Shown here piece after piece: positions 1 to 10,846 of a stretch of 64,000 bases of DNA (position 1 is its first letter; the number at the start of each line of letters is the position of its first letter). The DNA is taken from positions 32,001 to 96,000 of the IMG/VR virus record IMGVR_UViG_3300022752_002834. One strand, 5' to 3'. A model generated the notes under the pieces. It did no database searches, was not told where the DNA came from, and was given only the letters and a program-made list of their open reading frames with translations. Both the position numbers and the translations under genes were made by a program. This stretch comes from a virus.

Positions 1-8
1 ATAAGTTC

Positions 9-3000
9 GTGGTTGGCGCTCAAGAAGTAGAGATGTACTATTTTTCTACCAATGCGGATAGAGACACATTAGCATTTAAAAAAACCAATACAAATGGATC
101 ATTTCCAAATAAACCAGCTGGCTATGAGTGGACTTTAGAAGCATCATTAGAACAACAAGTTCTTCCGTATTATGGAAAATTGGGTAATCATGCTATTACT
201 ATTCCTAAAGGATTTGGAGCTTATCAACAAATACTATTGGATGCTAGCACTTTAAACGCTGCTGGAGTTGGTAGTTATTATGTAGCCACAGAAATGGAAT
301 TAAGGTGTGCGCTAATATCTTTTGATAGATGGAAAGAATTTTTGAAGCTATACAATGATACTTACATGGATTCTATAGAAAAAGATGATGGTTATGATGC
401 TGCTATAGCTGGATTGACCGGAGCGCCACAAGGAGCAATAAACCCGCCAGTTCTCGCGGTATCTAATACTTATGCTGTTAGCGTTCCAAGGTCCGTATTT
501 AACACATACGCCACAAGAACCTATGGAGATGATGGTTTACCTTTTAGCCCATGTAATCCTCCTTATGGCTATCCACTATATTATAAACGAATGACCAAAA
601 TAGGAATACCAGAAGCTGGACTAACAGATTTGTATAGTAGATGGGTAACACTGCAAACAAATTTTGCAGAATTAAGATCAGCAGATAGACTAAATGCTCA
701 AGGAATTATTAACTCTCAATACAATAGATTACGCCAGTTGAGCGAACAGCAACCATTATCAGCATTTGAGCAACAGTACCTTACAGAACTAGAAAAATTA
801 TTAAAAACACCACAACAAAATGTTGTATCAACAATACAAACGTCTGTTGGTCTTTTAGAAGCAAATTCTAGAAATAGAAACAATGTTTTTGCTATACTTC
901 CAAGCATTGCAAAGAAAAATAATCAAAATGCTATGAAGGTATATGAATTTGTTAAATCTGTAGCAGAAGAGTGTTTGGGTAAAAAATTTCTTGTTAAGAT
1001 TCCAAAAGAAGTTAATCTATTTTATGATAACCAAATACTTTGTCCAAATCTAGCAACTGGAGAATATACGCGAGGTCCATTTGGATTTAAACCAAGAACT
1101 ACCAAAACGATGGTCGGGACTAATATATTTCCTGCATATGAATTTAGTAGTCAATTTAAACAAGAAGTAGCTGCCGCTGCTCAACCAACACCACCAGCTA
1201 TAAATATGATGCAAAGTTTTTTGAGTCCAGCCGTAAATCCTAATCCAACAAGGTTTGGTGGCGCTTTGTCTATAAACTTTAATCCACTCACTGAAAAATA
1301 TGAATCAAATTATAAACCGATGAGTATTGGTGGATATTTTAACTTTGATCTTTATGCTAATACTCTTGGTGTTAGCAATATTAATGCCATAAGTCAAGCA
1401 AATTGGAATAATCTTCCTAGTGGTGTTAAACAAATGCTAGTACCACAAGACTTAACAAATTTCTTAAATGAAGACGGAAGAGTAAGTGCTTATGTTAGAT
1501 TTGATCACAGTCAATTTTTAACTCTTGAAGGTTTAAACAGTTCTGATTATACCCAGCAAATTATAACAGCAAATGGATTTATAACAGATATTTCTGATGC
1601 TCTGGACAATACTGGCCCATATCAATTCCATAGTTTTCCGAATACGGCATCTAATCAAAATAACGGTGGTCAACCGGCTCCGGGACAGGTGGTTTTCCTA
1701 AAGTGTTCTGTTGATGAAAACCTTTATATGCCACCAAAAACTTTAGTTGTAAGAATTCCAGTTCATGGTCAACAAGTAAAAGATATTGGTATTAAGTCAT
1801 CGCCCAAGAAAATATACATTCCATGTTCTGGTATAGAGAATGGGGCATTTGTTACCGGTAGTGGAGTTTATATAGACAGCTTATCGTTTTATAAGGCTAA
1901 CTTTGTTCCACTTCCGATACCGGGTTCAAACGCTGAAGTACTTGATTTTCAAACTTACAATTCTAGTTTCAGTTATCCCGGAGGGGCTATAGCGTTTGAT
2001 TCTGTTTATATCGATACCGAATTGGCTAATTTAAACAAAGATCATGTTTACGCTTTAATAACTTTACCAAATAGAATACTCCCAAACAAAGACTCAAGAC
2101 ATCGTGACGGTCATTTCCAAACAATGTCAGCGGAAAGATTCAAACATCTTATGACTATGGATGTTGTTAGAGGATTACCGGGATTTCAATTACCAATAAA
2201 TCCGCCACAAACACCACCGTGGAATTCTGTTAGACAACTTGGACAAAATACACCAAGCGATGCTAGAGTTCATGCTTGGTTAGCGATGAAAAAAGTGCAT
2301 AGCGCTATGTCATTTGGTTTTCCTCAAGCACTTAATATGACCATGCCATCGCCCGTTTATCCAGATCTTGTTGCTTTACCTTTAATGTCAACTGATAGAT
2401 GCTATGGACCTTGGGTTTCGTCCAACTTAGATGGTCAGGGATATTTGTTACAAAATATAGGCGGAAGGGTAGATTTTATAAAAGATGAGAATCTTTCTCC
2501 TTGGAATTATGGTGGATATGATTTATTAAATGAAGCAGGAAGGCTACAAGCAGAATTCTCTAATAGCCTTATGTTATTTAGTGAGCGGGGTTCGTTTACT
2601 ATCCCCACAATACCACTAGGTAATTCACTATGTAAAGCTTTAATAGACGGCGGTCCACTAGTTACTAGTATAAACGTGGATGTTTCTACTGGTGGAGCTA
2701 GAACAACCTATCAAATGGATCTTTATACTGCTAGTTTTGGTAAATTACAAAAACAAAAAGCTGATGAAATTTCAAAAATTAGTAGAGAAAGAAAGAAGCT
2801 TAATAGTGAGCGTAATGCTCTTATTAGAAAAGGTCTTGGCAAAAATCAAAATAACAGAAACTTCCTTAGTGAATATAATTCATTTATGAGAGGCAATGTT
2901 CCGGGATTAGATCAATTAGGATTAGGTTTAGCAAATGCTAGCACTAGAATAGTAGCATCTGTAAGTCCGTCTACTAACAAGAATTGGTCAAGCTCAGTAG

Positions 3001-3308
3001 CTTCAAGTAACACTGCTCCAATACAGAATACAGAATATAATACATATGGATCAATGCAAAATAGTTCGTTGGTCGGTCAGACTGCGCAAAATTTTATCGA
3101 TCAATTTCAATTGGCAGAAAGTTATCAAAATTCTGCATCATCGGAATTAGTAGGTGACGATGGATTATTTACTCCAGCCTCTCACGGGTATCATGCAAAT
3201 ATGTCTAGTAGACCAAATTCTTCGCTAGATGCTTATAATGAGCTTTATTTTATTGACGATGAGGATGACTCTCAAAGAAACGTAATGATATATGGAGATA
3301 GAGCATAA
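9..3308 (+). CDS. Large putative virion structural (tail/baseplate) protein, probably 5'-truncated by the window edge
   Basis: 1099-aa ORF rich in N/S/G/P/Q, with no enzyme motif. It is coupled (TAATG) to the next large ORF. Function is inferred only from size, composition and context. Confidence 0.5.
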   Translation: MVGAQEVEMYYFSTNADRDTLAFKKTNTNGSFPNKPAGYEWTLEASLEQQVLPYYGKLGNHAITIPKGFGAYQQILLDASTLNAAGVGSYYVATEMELRCALISFDRWKEFLKLYNDTYMDSIEKDDGYDAAIAGLTGAPQGAINPPVLAVSNTYAVSVPRSVFNTYATRTYGDDGLPFSPCNPPYGYPLYYKRMTKIGIPEAGLTDLYSRWVTLQTNFAELRSADRLNAQGIINSQYNRLRQLSEQQPLSAFEQQYLTELEKLLKTPQQNVVSTIQTSVGLLEANSRNRNNVFAILPSIAKKNNQNAMKVYEFVKSVAEECLGKKFLVKIPKEVNLFYDNQILCPNLATGEYTRGPFGFKPRTTKTMVGTNIFPAYEFSSQFKQEVAAAAQPTPPAINMMQSFLSPAVNPNPTRFGGALSINFNPLTEKYESNYKPMSIGGYFNFDLYANTLGVSNINAISQANWNNLPSGVKQMLVPQDLTNFLNEDGRVSAYVRFDHSQFLTLEGLNSSDYTQQIITANGFITDISDALDNTGPYQFHSFPNTASNQNNGGQPAPGQVVFLKCSVDENLYMPPKTLVVRIPVHGQQVKDIGIKSSPKKIYIPCSGIENGAFVTGSGVYIDSLSFYKANFVPLPIPGSNAEVLDFQTYNSSFSYPGGAIAFDSVYIDTELANLNKDHVYALITLPNRILPNKDSRHRDGHFQTMSAERFKHLMTMDVVRGLPGFQLPINPPQTPPWNSVRQLGQNTPSDARVHAWLAMKKVHSAMSFGFPQALNMTMPSPVYPDLVALPLMSTDRCYGPWVSSNLDGQGYLLQNIGGRVDFIKDENLSPWNYGGYDLLNEAGRLQAEFSNSLMLFSERGSFTIPTIPLGNSLCKALIDGGPLVTSINVDVSTGGARTTYQMDLYTASFGKLQKQKADEISKISRERKKLNSERNALIRKGLGKNQNNRNFLSEYNSFMRGNVPGLDQLGLGLANASTRIVASVSPSTNKNWSSSVASSNTAPIQNTEYNTYGSMQNSSLVGQTAQNFIDQFQLAESYQNSASSELVGDDGLFTPASHGYHANMSSRPNSSLDAYNELYFIDDEDDSQRNVMIYGDRA

Positions 3309-6300
3309 TGTTTGATATCAATTTTTATTCTAAAGCAACGGACTTCCATAGATATTCTACAGAAGATCTAGCTTTGCTATCTATAGGACTCGGAAATTAC
3401 ACAAAATCTAGCGTTTTAGAATTTTTTAATCCGACTAGACCAAATCCAGATGCAGCAGAATTCTTTTCTAATGACCTGTCTGTAAGAGACAAGATAAGAG
3501 GGTTGGGGTTAGAGGGAAGTATGCAAATATTAGATTTTGATATAGTAGATAAAACCTATAAGATAAAAACGGGATTATCAGAGATTGTTAAATTAAATCC
3601 ACAAAAATATCCGGTTACAAAATATCAACCAGTTACAGCCGGTTCTATCGATATATTTTTAGATAATTGGAATAAAGTACAGATCGGTGATCCAAGTATA
3701 CCACAACTACAAGCAAATACATATAGAGCTATTGTTGATAGAATTCATAATAGTGTGTCTGGATGCTTATCATTTAAAGCAACATTTACTGTTCTTGGAG
3801 GATCAAGGACCGCAGATATTATGCTTGTGCCAACATATTCTAGAGACAACCAGTCATCTAGGACTATATCTTTTAGAGGCTCTCCGTTGATTTCTGCTGT
3901 TCCGCAAACCGCAGAAGGTTTACGATACAGCTTAAATCAAACAAATCAACTTGGAATTGGTCAATACTCTGGCCCTCTTGAGGGTGGTGATAATAATCCT
4001 AAGAATACTGCTGCTGGACACCTGAGATTAGCATATGATCCCACAACTGGAGAGTTTGAATCTGGAACACAACAAATATTAGTAAGACTAGTTGATGATA
4101 TTGAACCAGCAGAAATGTCTGATATTAGTGGAGAAGCTCTTTTAAGCGCAACCGCTCAAGATTGTTATGACTCTCCAGATTCTGACTTATATATGGGTAA
4201 CTTCAAAAAAGGGCGCGGTATTCCACTAAGTATGGAAAATGGAAATCCACATATGTATGGACCCAATTTTAAAGGTGGATGTGCTAGTTCTTCTACTAAG
4301 TCTGTAATAACAGTCGTAAATAGAGCCGCCCAAGGTTTTAAAAGTGGTCAACTTGTAATGTGTAGTAGAATCAATGGTGAATGGGTAATTTTGCCAACCG
4401 GCGAACAAATACTAACGAAAAAGATTACATTTGGCAATTTCGAATATCAACAATACATTATACCAGCAGACTCTTACTTTGCCTACACAGATCTTTCTAG
4501 TCCAAATTCAGAAAAAATATTGCCAGATGATTTTGCTAGAAAAATGAGAAACTCTTATTATATAGACCTAGCATCTAACAGTGATCAAAGAATTATTGAT
4601 ACGTCTATGAATAGTGTAAGCATAATTATGTTATTGAACATTTTCGCATCTACGATACCAACCGACATTGATGATCCAATACAATATATAAAAGATAACT
4701 ATACTCCACAAGAAGCTGCTTTATTATTAAATGAAGCTGACCAAGAAAAAAGACGTGATGAAAACAATTCTCTTTTAAGCTATATTGCTCAAAGTAGTCG
4801 ATCATTTTTATTTTATCCAGATATATATTTTGATGAAATATATTATTCTTTACCAAAAAATGTCCTTTTAAAAACAGCAAGAAAGTTTTCGATTGATGGA
4901 GCAACCGACATATCTTCTTCTTTAAATGACCCTACATATGGAGACGAGGTTCCGTTTTGGGGTATGCTATTTCCAGATGGCTATAAAACAAATGGCACGG
5001 CGTCAGTCATAGCAGAGAATAGAGATTTTATTATAAATAATCCGTTGTTTGCTAATGATAAAAATCTTAAAGAATTATCAGTATTGTCTAGCCTATCTTA
5101 TCCATATATAAAGGATCAAGTAATAAATCTTGGTTTCATAAAAAAAATTGATTCAACTCAACAGACAGACCCATTCAAATATATAAAAAAAACAACCGGT
5201 ATATTTGTAGATAAATTACAGTATGAAAGTTTGGACCTTAAATATATCGGTATATCTAATAGTTATATCGTAAAATTTTATGATGCTGTTTCTTTAAATA
5301 ATCCTGTTGGCGGTGGATCAACTTCCCAATTGTATAGCACACACGGTAGATTATTCCCAAATAGTGTGTATGGACTAGAACCAACAAAACCAAATAGAAT
5401 TCAGTTTTCGTCTATGTCTATAGAACAGCTGTATAGTAAATCGCTATTAGATAATGAAGTCATGTTGATCTATCATCCATACGATTTATTAGGAGCTAGT
5501 GTATCTTATTATCGCAATCTATTTTTCAAAAACAGCGTTGGGCCTACGAGTGGTTGGCAAAGCTTAAAATTTGGAGACGTTATTCACAATTGGTGGAGAA
5601 GTGATAGTAGAAATGCAAGATATGAGACTGTAACTTCTGATGTAGATTATGGGAATAAATATAATATTCTAAGTTTATTAACATCTAAGTTTACACAACC
5701 TGTGGCAAATCGACATCCGTCGCCATTAGGTACTGTTTATCAAATAGTACCAGAAGTACGCGGATATAGAAGATCTATGGCGATACCTGTTCTTACTTGT
5801 AAGAGCAAAATGAAGACTTCGGCAGATTCTTTGGTCTTTGAAACATCACAACTTTTTGGTATGCCAAAACGAACTGTTGTTAGCCCAGCAGATATTAATG
5901 AGCCAATTATTTTACCAATTGGAGCAGGAATAGCATGGAATCAGCCAGATGCTCCAATTTCTGTTAATTCTTTTCCACAATGGGGAGACAGAGCGCGAAC
6001 TGATGATGTTGATAGTATGGGTACAACTGCGTTACATGTTAGAGTATTTGAGGGTTGGCCTATTCATCAAACACTTTATTTTGGTCATTATTTTACACCA
6101 CTACATTTTAATCCATCTGCTCCAGATGTGGAGAAAATAATCGATTACTCCGCTCCCAGCGGTTTGCCAGTATTAATAAATCGTCTAGATGATTCTGGGC
6201 AACCAATTCCCGGTCGGTCTGAAGTTGATTTTAAAATTCCAACAGCTTACGCCACAGAAAATGTTGGCGGATCTCCACTTGGGATTGGAGTGTCCATAAT

Positions 6301-6925
6301 ACCACCAACAGATACTAGTCCGGGTAACTTAGCTCCATATAGTTTATGGAAGCATAACACAATTAGAAGAGCTAAATTATTAACAAATGGCGGTTTTGTT
6401 TATATGATAAGATATATCGGAATTGTAAAAAGCACCGTATCTATTAAAACTAATGGAACTGGATATGCAGAAGGTGATACTTTTGTTTACCCAGACGGAA
6501 CAACAATAGAAGTAAAGAGTGTGGGTGGCAATGGAACAATAGGGTCCGTTGAAGTTACAGAAGGAGAGAACGGAATGACTTCTGTCACAGCAAATCTTCA
6601 ACCACAATATCTAGGATCTTCTGGAAAAGATGCCGTTTGGAATAATGTGCAATTTATTGTAAAAGAAAAATATGGATATGACCCAGCGCCAAAAGAAGTG
6701 GTTCCAATCACAAGGTTGACCAAACCCAGCAATAATGGTGAAGAATTAATAGAAGGGAATTTATCTACTTCTGTGTCTCTTGACAATGATTCTGGAAAAT
6801 CAAAAGAATATGATATTTTCTATTTTTACCACAACGATCCTACTCATTATAGTATGAACAGAGGATTAGCATTTAACGCCGGTTGGGCGCAATATGCTAT
6901 AGTAGAAGTAAATCCCGGCGCATAA
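3308..6925 (+). CDS. Large putative virion structural (tail/baseplate) protein
   Basis: 1205-aa ORF. The C-terminal GTGYAEGDTFVYPDGTTIEVKSVGGNGTIGSV segment resembles the GxGY-type beta repeats of phage tail/baseplate proteins. Confidence 0.5.
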   Translation: MFDINFYSKATDFHRYSTEDLALLSIGLGNYTKSSVLEFFNPTRPNPDAAEFFSNDLSVRDKIRGLGLEGSMQILDFDIVDKTYKIKTGLSEIVKLNPQKYPVTKYQPVTAGSIDIFLDNWNKVQIGDPSIPQLQANTYRAIVDRIHNSVSGCLSFKATFTVLGGSRTADIMLVPTYSRDNQSSRTISFRGSPLISAVPQTAEGLRYSLNQTNQLGIGQYSGPLEGGDNNPKNTAAGHLRLAYDPTTGEFESGTQQILVRLVDDIEPAEMSDISGEALLSATAQDCYDSPDSDLYMGNFKKGRGIPLSMENGNPHMYGPNFKGGCASSSTKSVITVVNRAAQGFKSGQLVMCSRINGEWVILPTGEQILTKKITFGNFEYQQYIIPADSYFAYTDLSSPNSEKILPDDFARKMRNSYYIDLASNSDQRIIDTSMNSVSIIMLLNIFASTIPTDIDDPIQYIKDNYTPQEAALLLNEADQEKRRDENNSLLSYIAQSSRSFLFYPDIYFDEIYYSLPKNVLLKTARKFSIDGATDISSSLNDPTYGDEVPFWGMLFPDGYKTNGTASVIAENRDFIINNPLFANDKNLKELSVLSSLSYPYIKDQVINLGFIKKIDSTQQTDPFKYIKKTTGIFVDKLQYESLDLKYIGISNSYIVKFYDAVSLNNPVGGGSTSQLYSTHGRLFPNSVYGLEPTKPNRIQFSSMSIEQLYSKSLLDNEVMLIYHPYDLLGASVSYYRNLFFKNSVGPTSGWQSLKFGDVIHNWWRSDSRNARYETVTSDVDYGNKYNILSLLTSKFTQPVANRHPSPLGTVYQIVPEVRGYRRSMAIPVLTCKSKMKTSADSLVFETSQLFGMPKRTVVSPADINEPIILPIGAGIAWNQPDAPISVNSFPQWGDRARTDDVDSMGTTALHVRVFEGWPIHQTLYFGHYFTPLHFNPSAPDVEKIIDYSAPSGLPVLINRLDDSGQPIPGRSEVDFKIPTAYATENVGGSPLGIGVSIIPPTDTSPGNLAPYSLWKHNTIRRAKLLTNGGFVYMIRYIGIVKSTVSIKTNGTGYAEGDTFVYPDGTTIEVKSVGGNGTIGSVEVTEGENGMTSVTANLQPQYLGSSGKDAVWNNVQFIVKEKYGYDPAPKEVVPITRLTKPSNNGEELIEGNLSTSVSLDNDSGKSKEYDIFYFYHNDPTHYSMNRGLAFNAGWAQYAIVEVNPGA

Positions 6926-6929
6926 TTTC

Positions 6930-6936
6930 GTGTATA
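6930..6936 (+). promoter_or_regulatory. Candidate late-promoter motif GTGTATA
   Basis: Intergenic GTGTATATTACTAT about 35 nt upstream of an AAGGAG-led ATG. The same core recurs at 24711, 39105 and 53364 on the - strand. Confidence 0.45.
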
Positions 6937-6970
6937 TTACTATGTAACAGTGTTTTAAAAGGAGATTTTT

Positions 6971-7690
6971 ATGGCTGAAATTACGTTTTTTGCTAATATT
7001 AATGGTCAGGGCGCTGGCTCAAACGGCCAGTTAATAAACCATGCTGCTGGCTCTGGCGTTGGTTTTTATGGCAGTAATTTTGGTGTTTCTGTACCAATCG
7101 GCACTAGACAATCCACAACGTTCGTTACAGACTCATTGGGTGTTAATCAAGGCTCTCAGTTAAATAATACCACAATGATGACCAGTGGAGATTCTGTGAC
7201 TGCTGGAACAGTTAGCATAAACGGGGCTAGTTCTATTAATTTAGACAGATTACCAAACTACCTATGCCCACTTAATATAAGGTTCACGCATAGCGAAGCC
7301 GTAAGAGTTCAGAACTGCAAATTACGTATATTTGATAGAAATAACATAATCAACCATGCTAGCGGTGTTGTTACTTATGTTTATGAGAGCCGACATCCAT
7401 CAAGCCTTCAATCAGTCTCCAATTTAAGCCACAGAGGCAGAGAAGCAAATAGCTGGTATGAATTTGATTCACTAGACGCAATGACCGATATGACTTTTAC
7501 AGCCTCTCCCGGTATGAGCGGTCTAAATACCAATGTTCAAGATACAAATCCCGCTCTTGGATATTCTTCTCAGAATGGTAGTTTGCATGAAGCTACCAGA
7601 CATGATTGGTATGTGGCTCTTAGTTCAGAGCCTGTCACCGTTGGTAGTAAAACTCAATACGGCTTATATTTTAGCGTAGAATATCTATAA
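6971..7690 (+). CDS. Putative virion structural protein
   Basis: 239-aa beta-rich G/S/T/N protein with a strong AAGGAG RBS. It has its own GTGTATA motif upstream and a terminator downstream. Confidence 0.5.
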   Translation: MAEITFFANINGQGAGSNGQLINHAAGSGVGFYGSNFGVSVPIGTRQSTTFVTDSLGVNQGSQLNNTTMMTSGDSVTAGTVSINGASSINLDRLPNYLCPLNIRFTHSEAVRVQNCKLRIFDRNNIINHASGVVTYVYESRHPSSLQSVSNLSHRGREANSWYEFDSLDAMTDMTFTASPGMSGLNTNVQDTNPALGYSSQNGSLHEATRHDWYVALSSEPVTVGSKTQYGLYFSVEYL

Positions 7691-7701
7691 TAAAAAGATT
7701 C

Positions 7702-7731
7702 GGGGGTAGTTTTTGGCTACCCCCTTTTCTT
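7702..7731 (+). terminator. Intrinsic terminator at the convergent strand switch, possibly bidirectional
   Basis: GGGGGTAGT-TTTTG-GCTACCCCC hairpin followed by TTTTCTT, with an A-run on the left side. Confidence 0.8.
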
Positions 7732-7789
7732 TACTTCTAAGCGATAAATCTATTTTGAATATAGATTATTGCAAATAACAACAGATACT

Positions 7790-8125
7790 TCATTCCGCTT
7801 GCTCGCTCTTGGGATTCCACTTTACCCAGCCATTATCTGGAAGCCACTTTCCATCGTTGTCCTTTCGCTTTGGAAATAAACCGCCGCCCTTCTTGTTAAC
7901 GCCAAACGCTAGTCTAGCACCACAATCTAAACAGCGTAGTTCATAATATTGATTATCATCAACATTTCTTACTACGAATCTTAGATTTTCAGAGCCGCAC
8001 TTTCCACATACAGACTCGTCAAATACCTCTTGAAACTTGCTTAGTGATTCAAAAAGATCCTTTTGCGATTCTCCATCAATTTCTACCTTGATTCTGCCGT
8101 TCTTTGTAGTATATGTAATCTTCAT
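7790..8125 (-). CDS. Small zinc-ribbon protein of unknown function
   Basis: CGKC...CLDC pairs. Coupled to the annealase-like gene upstream. Confidence 0.6.
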   Translation of the reverse strand: MKITYTTKNGRIKVEIDGESQKDLFESLSKFQEVFDESVCGKCGSENLRFVVRNVDDNQYYELRCLDCGARLAFGVNKKGGGLFPKRKDNDGKWLPDNGWVKWNPKSEQAE

Positions 8126-8892
8126 TGGTCACGCCACTCCTGTTGATAGCCTAATAAATCTTCTGGAATAGAACTCTTGTCGCGTTGATAATCATTGAGC
8201 CTATCAATAATATCACTAGCAACTTTCTTTGATACCTTACGTCCACTATCTACCTTAAACTCTGCAAATAGCTTCTTTCCATTAACATTAAGTTGCTTGC
8301 ACTTAACATCAATAAAATTGTACTGAGCGTCACTCATTCTACTTTGATCGTCATACTCACCTTCGCTAGCTGACTTAGTAGTAGAAATATCACGAACAAT
8401 CTTAGCAGTATCCTTCTTGGTTAACTCTTCTGCTGCAACACCCTTAATCTTAAGAGCCTTGCGTAATGCTCTAGCCTCTGCTCTTGTGCTTGCTATCGCA
8501 ACAGCAAATGCACAAAACATATCATCGGTATTGCCTTCCCAAGAATCTGCAACCTCTGCATATCTCATACCATTAGCAAACTCTACTGTAAATACTACGG
8601 TTGCACGACCATGATGATCTTCTCGCTGTACCGGAAAGACCTGCGTTGGTCCACTAAAAACAATTGGACCCAGCACAACCTCTGCTACACGCCTCAAACC
8701 AGCAACCAGAGGATGACCATCAATCATCTCCGATTCATGGAACAGCCCCATAGCATAATCATGCCATTCTGCTGATAGCATAGATGGAATATCTGATTGA
8801 ATAACGTCCTTGGTCTTTGTGTTTGTATTGCTTGGAGTAGCTAATTCAACTTCATCAAACAAGCCATTAACGTCTTCTACATAGGTTTTCAT
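8122..8892 (-). CDS. Rad52/Sak-like single-strand annealing protein
   Basis: GLRRVAE...ATVVFTVEF...AIASTRAEARALRKAL resembles the Rad52/22-family core. It ends in a small helical C-terminal domain (MSDAQYNFI...ASDIIDRL). Confidence 0.55.
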   Translation of the reverse strand: MKTYVEDVNGLFDEVELATPSNTNTKTKDVIQSDIPSMLSAEWHDYAMGLFHESEMIDGHPLVAGLRRVAEVVLGPIVFSGPTQVFPVQREDHHGRATVVFTVEFANGMRYAEVADSWEGNTDDMFCAFAVAIASTRAEARALRKALKIKGVAAEELTKKDTAKIVRDISTTKSASEGEYDDQSRMSDAQYNFIDVKCKQLNVNGKKLFAEFKVDSGRKVSKKVASDIIDRLNDYQRDKSSIPEDLLGYQQEWRDQ

Positions 8893-9656
8893 ATCTCTAT
8901 CTCAATGTACCTTTCTGACTTTGGTGGAAACGATTTTTCGATTATACTCAAACGATCTAGGATGTCAAGTCTCAATTTTTCTCTGTCTGCTAAACAAACA
9001 GAATCAGCCAAATTTTTGATCCTAATAATTATGTAGCCTTTACTAAGAATTAATCCAGTTTTATTTACATCGGCCTTGATTTGTTTTCTTAGCTTTTCTT
9101 CTCCCCATATCGGTAAGAAGTGAGATGGACCGTCTACCTCTATTATAGTCTTGAGGCTAGGGATGTACATATCGATTTCTAGGTACTCATTTTGAATTAG
9201 ATATTTTTTATGAAATTCTACTGGATAACCGCCATTCATAATCTCTTCATAAAGAAATCTTTCTAGTTTTGATCCTTCTTTACCAGCCACCTGTATTGCT
9301 TTTATGGCAGATTCTAGCATAAGTGTTTTTTCTTGTTCGCTCATCAATTGCCATCGCTTCTTTGACTTGTCTACTTTTTCTTTGTATGTTTTATCATCCA
9401 TCTCTGACCAGTATTTCTTTATACCAGAACTAATCTTTATTTTTTCTTCTTGTGACCTAACCTTGCCCTTAGTTGGATGAATAGCCTTGCCATGTTCTAT
9501 AGCATTTTTCTGTGCTTCGCTTTTGTCTTTTAGCTCGACTCCATTTTTAATTAAAACGCGTCTAATTTTGTTTGGATATGTCTCAAAGTGTTCAGCTATC
9601 TCGTATGTACTTTTATTTTGATTAGTATACATATCAACAATCTTTTTAGCATCCAT
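8889..9656 (-). CDS. Putative homing endonuclease: HTH + NUMOD-like segment + Vsr/DUF559-type PD-(D/E)XK domain
   Basis: N-terminal HTH (KSTYEIAEHFETYPNKIRRVL), a KGKVRSQEEKIKIS NUMOD3-like stretch, and C-terminal EIDMYIPSLKTIIEVDGPSH. Confidence 0.65.
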   Translation of the reverse strand: MDAKKIVDMYTNQNKSTYEIAEHFETYPNKIRRVLIKNGVELKDKSEAQKNAIEHGKAIHPTKGKVRSQEEKIKISSGIKKYWSEMDDKTYKEKVDKSKKRWQLMSEQEKTLMLESAIKAIQVAGKEGSKLERFLYEEIMNGGYPVEFHKKYLIQNEYLEIDMYIPSLKTIIEVDGPSHFLPIWGEEKLRKQIKADVNKTGLILSKGYIIIRIKNLADSVCLADREKLRLDILDRLSIIEKSFPPKSERYIEIEI

Positions 9657-9659
9657 ATA

Positions 9660-10100
9660 TCACCTTATTTTGTTTACTATCGACATAAAATCAACACATA
9701 GTTCTGGTTTAACGCCAGTTTTTCTGTGCATGTCTAATTGGTTAGTTTCTGTTTTGGCTACTGGGATTACGCCTTTGGACAAAAGACTCATAAGCGACAA
9801 AGTGTTTACTTTATTTTCCCAGCCATAGTAATAGTAGATTTCTATGTTATTTACTATTTTCAGTGCGCTTATTGTTGACTGAAAAGATGTTGTAATTAGT
9901 TTACCACTGAAGTTCCATATATCAGTAGAATTAAAAATACCGCATTGTATTTTGAATGGATTGAAAGCGATGTTGTCAAAAAATATGCTACAATCATCGA
10001 TTAATTTTTTATTCATACACTCATTGACCGTATCACTAATAGCTTTTAGCTGTTGAGTGTCAGCTAAATTATTGATATAGATACCCAGATTCATATTCAT
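9660..10100 (-). CDS. Hypothetical protein, possibly a degenerate glycosyltransferase N-terminal lobe
   Basis: Last gene of the glycosylation cluster, with a Rossmann-like alpha/beta pattern and an AAGGA RBS before MNMNLG. Confidence 0.4.
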   Translation of the reverse strand: MNMNLGIYINNLADTQQLKAISDTVNECMNKKLIDDCSIFFDNIAFNPFKIQCGIFNSTDIWNFSGKLITTSFQSTISALKIVNNIEIYYYYGWENKVNTLSLMSLLSKGVIPVAKTETNQLDMHRKTGVKPELCVDFMSIVNKIR

Positions 10101-10105
10101 AATCC

Positions 10106-10846
10106 TTATATATAAATGTTTTCGTAACCTAAACATTGGGAAACATAAAAGTAAAATCTTTCTAATCCATGTTCTACTTCCCCATCTGTTCTATATACGC
10201 CATGATTAAAAAATTGCTCATATACACACCCATGAGACTTCTCTACTACACCTCTTCTAATTAAAAATATATTGCCAGCAGAAAATGTAGGACATTTAAA
10301 ATCTTTGTTTCCAATATCGTATTTTGATAACAGTATTTTCTCTAATTCGTGCAACCATATCAACGTGTGCATACTTTGAACAATTTCTTTTCTATATTCA
10401 TATGAATAGGATGCATAAGTGGATAGCAATTCTTCAAATGAGGGCTGTTGTCTTTTATATTTTTCAGAACTAATGATACCACTATTATGTTGGGTAAGTA
10501 TATCCTCGCTCATATCCTTATAGACTGAAAGCATTTGCTGTAACCATCCACGCTTGTTGGGGTGTTTGTCATGACAATAAAAAATCCACGGGGTTTTCTC
10601 AAAATCATATTTAAAGCTATTGTAAAAACCGTACTGATCAGTACCACAATTGTTTACATATACGACGCGGATATCTTCAAAATTTTCTTTTGCAATGTTT
10701 AGCAAAAAATCATTGTTTGGATTATTCTCTACTAGAGAAAGATATAGTGAGCCATTGTAAAACTTAGACACTGTATCTAAAACATACTCTCCTGTTTCTC
10801 CATAATATAGGAACATATGGGCAGATACGAGATTGGGGTTCATCAT
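10106..10846 (-). CDS. RgpF (rhamnan synthesis protein F)-like glycosyltransferase
   Basis: FYCHDK, FSAGNIFLIR and DGEVEHGLER match the RgpF-family motifs (H.K / F.aG.mF / DG...HalER). Confidence 0.65.
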   Translation of the reverse strand: MMNPNLVSAHMFLYYGETGEYVLDTVSKFYNGSLYLSLVENNPNNDFLLNIAKENFEDIRVVYVNNCGTDQYGFYNSFKYDFEKTPWIFYCHDKHPNKRGWLQQMLSVYKDMSEDILTQHNSGIISSEKYKRQQPSFEELLSTYASYSYEYRKEIVQSMHTLIWLHELEKILLSKYDIGNKDFKCPTFSAGNIFLIRRGVVEKSHGCVYEQFFNHGVYRTDGEVEHGLERFYFYVSQCLGYENIYI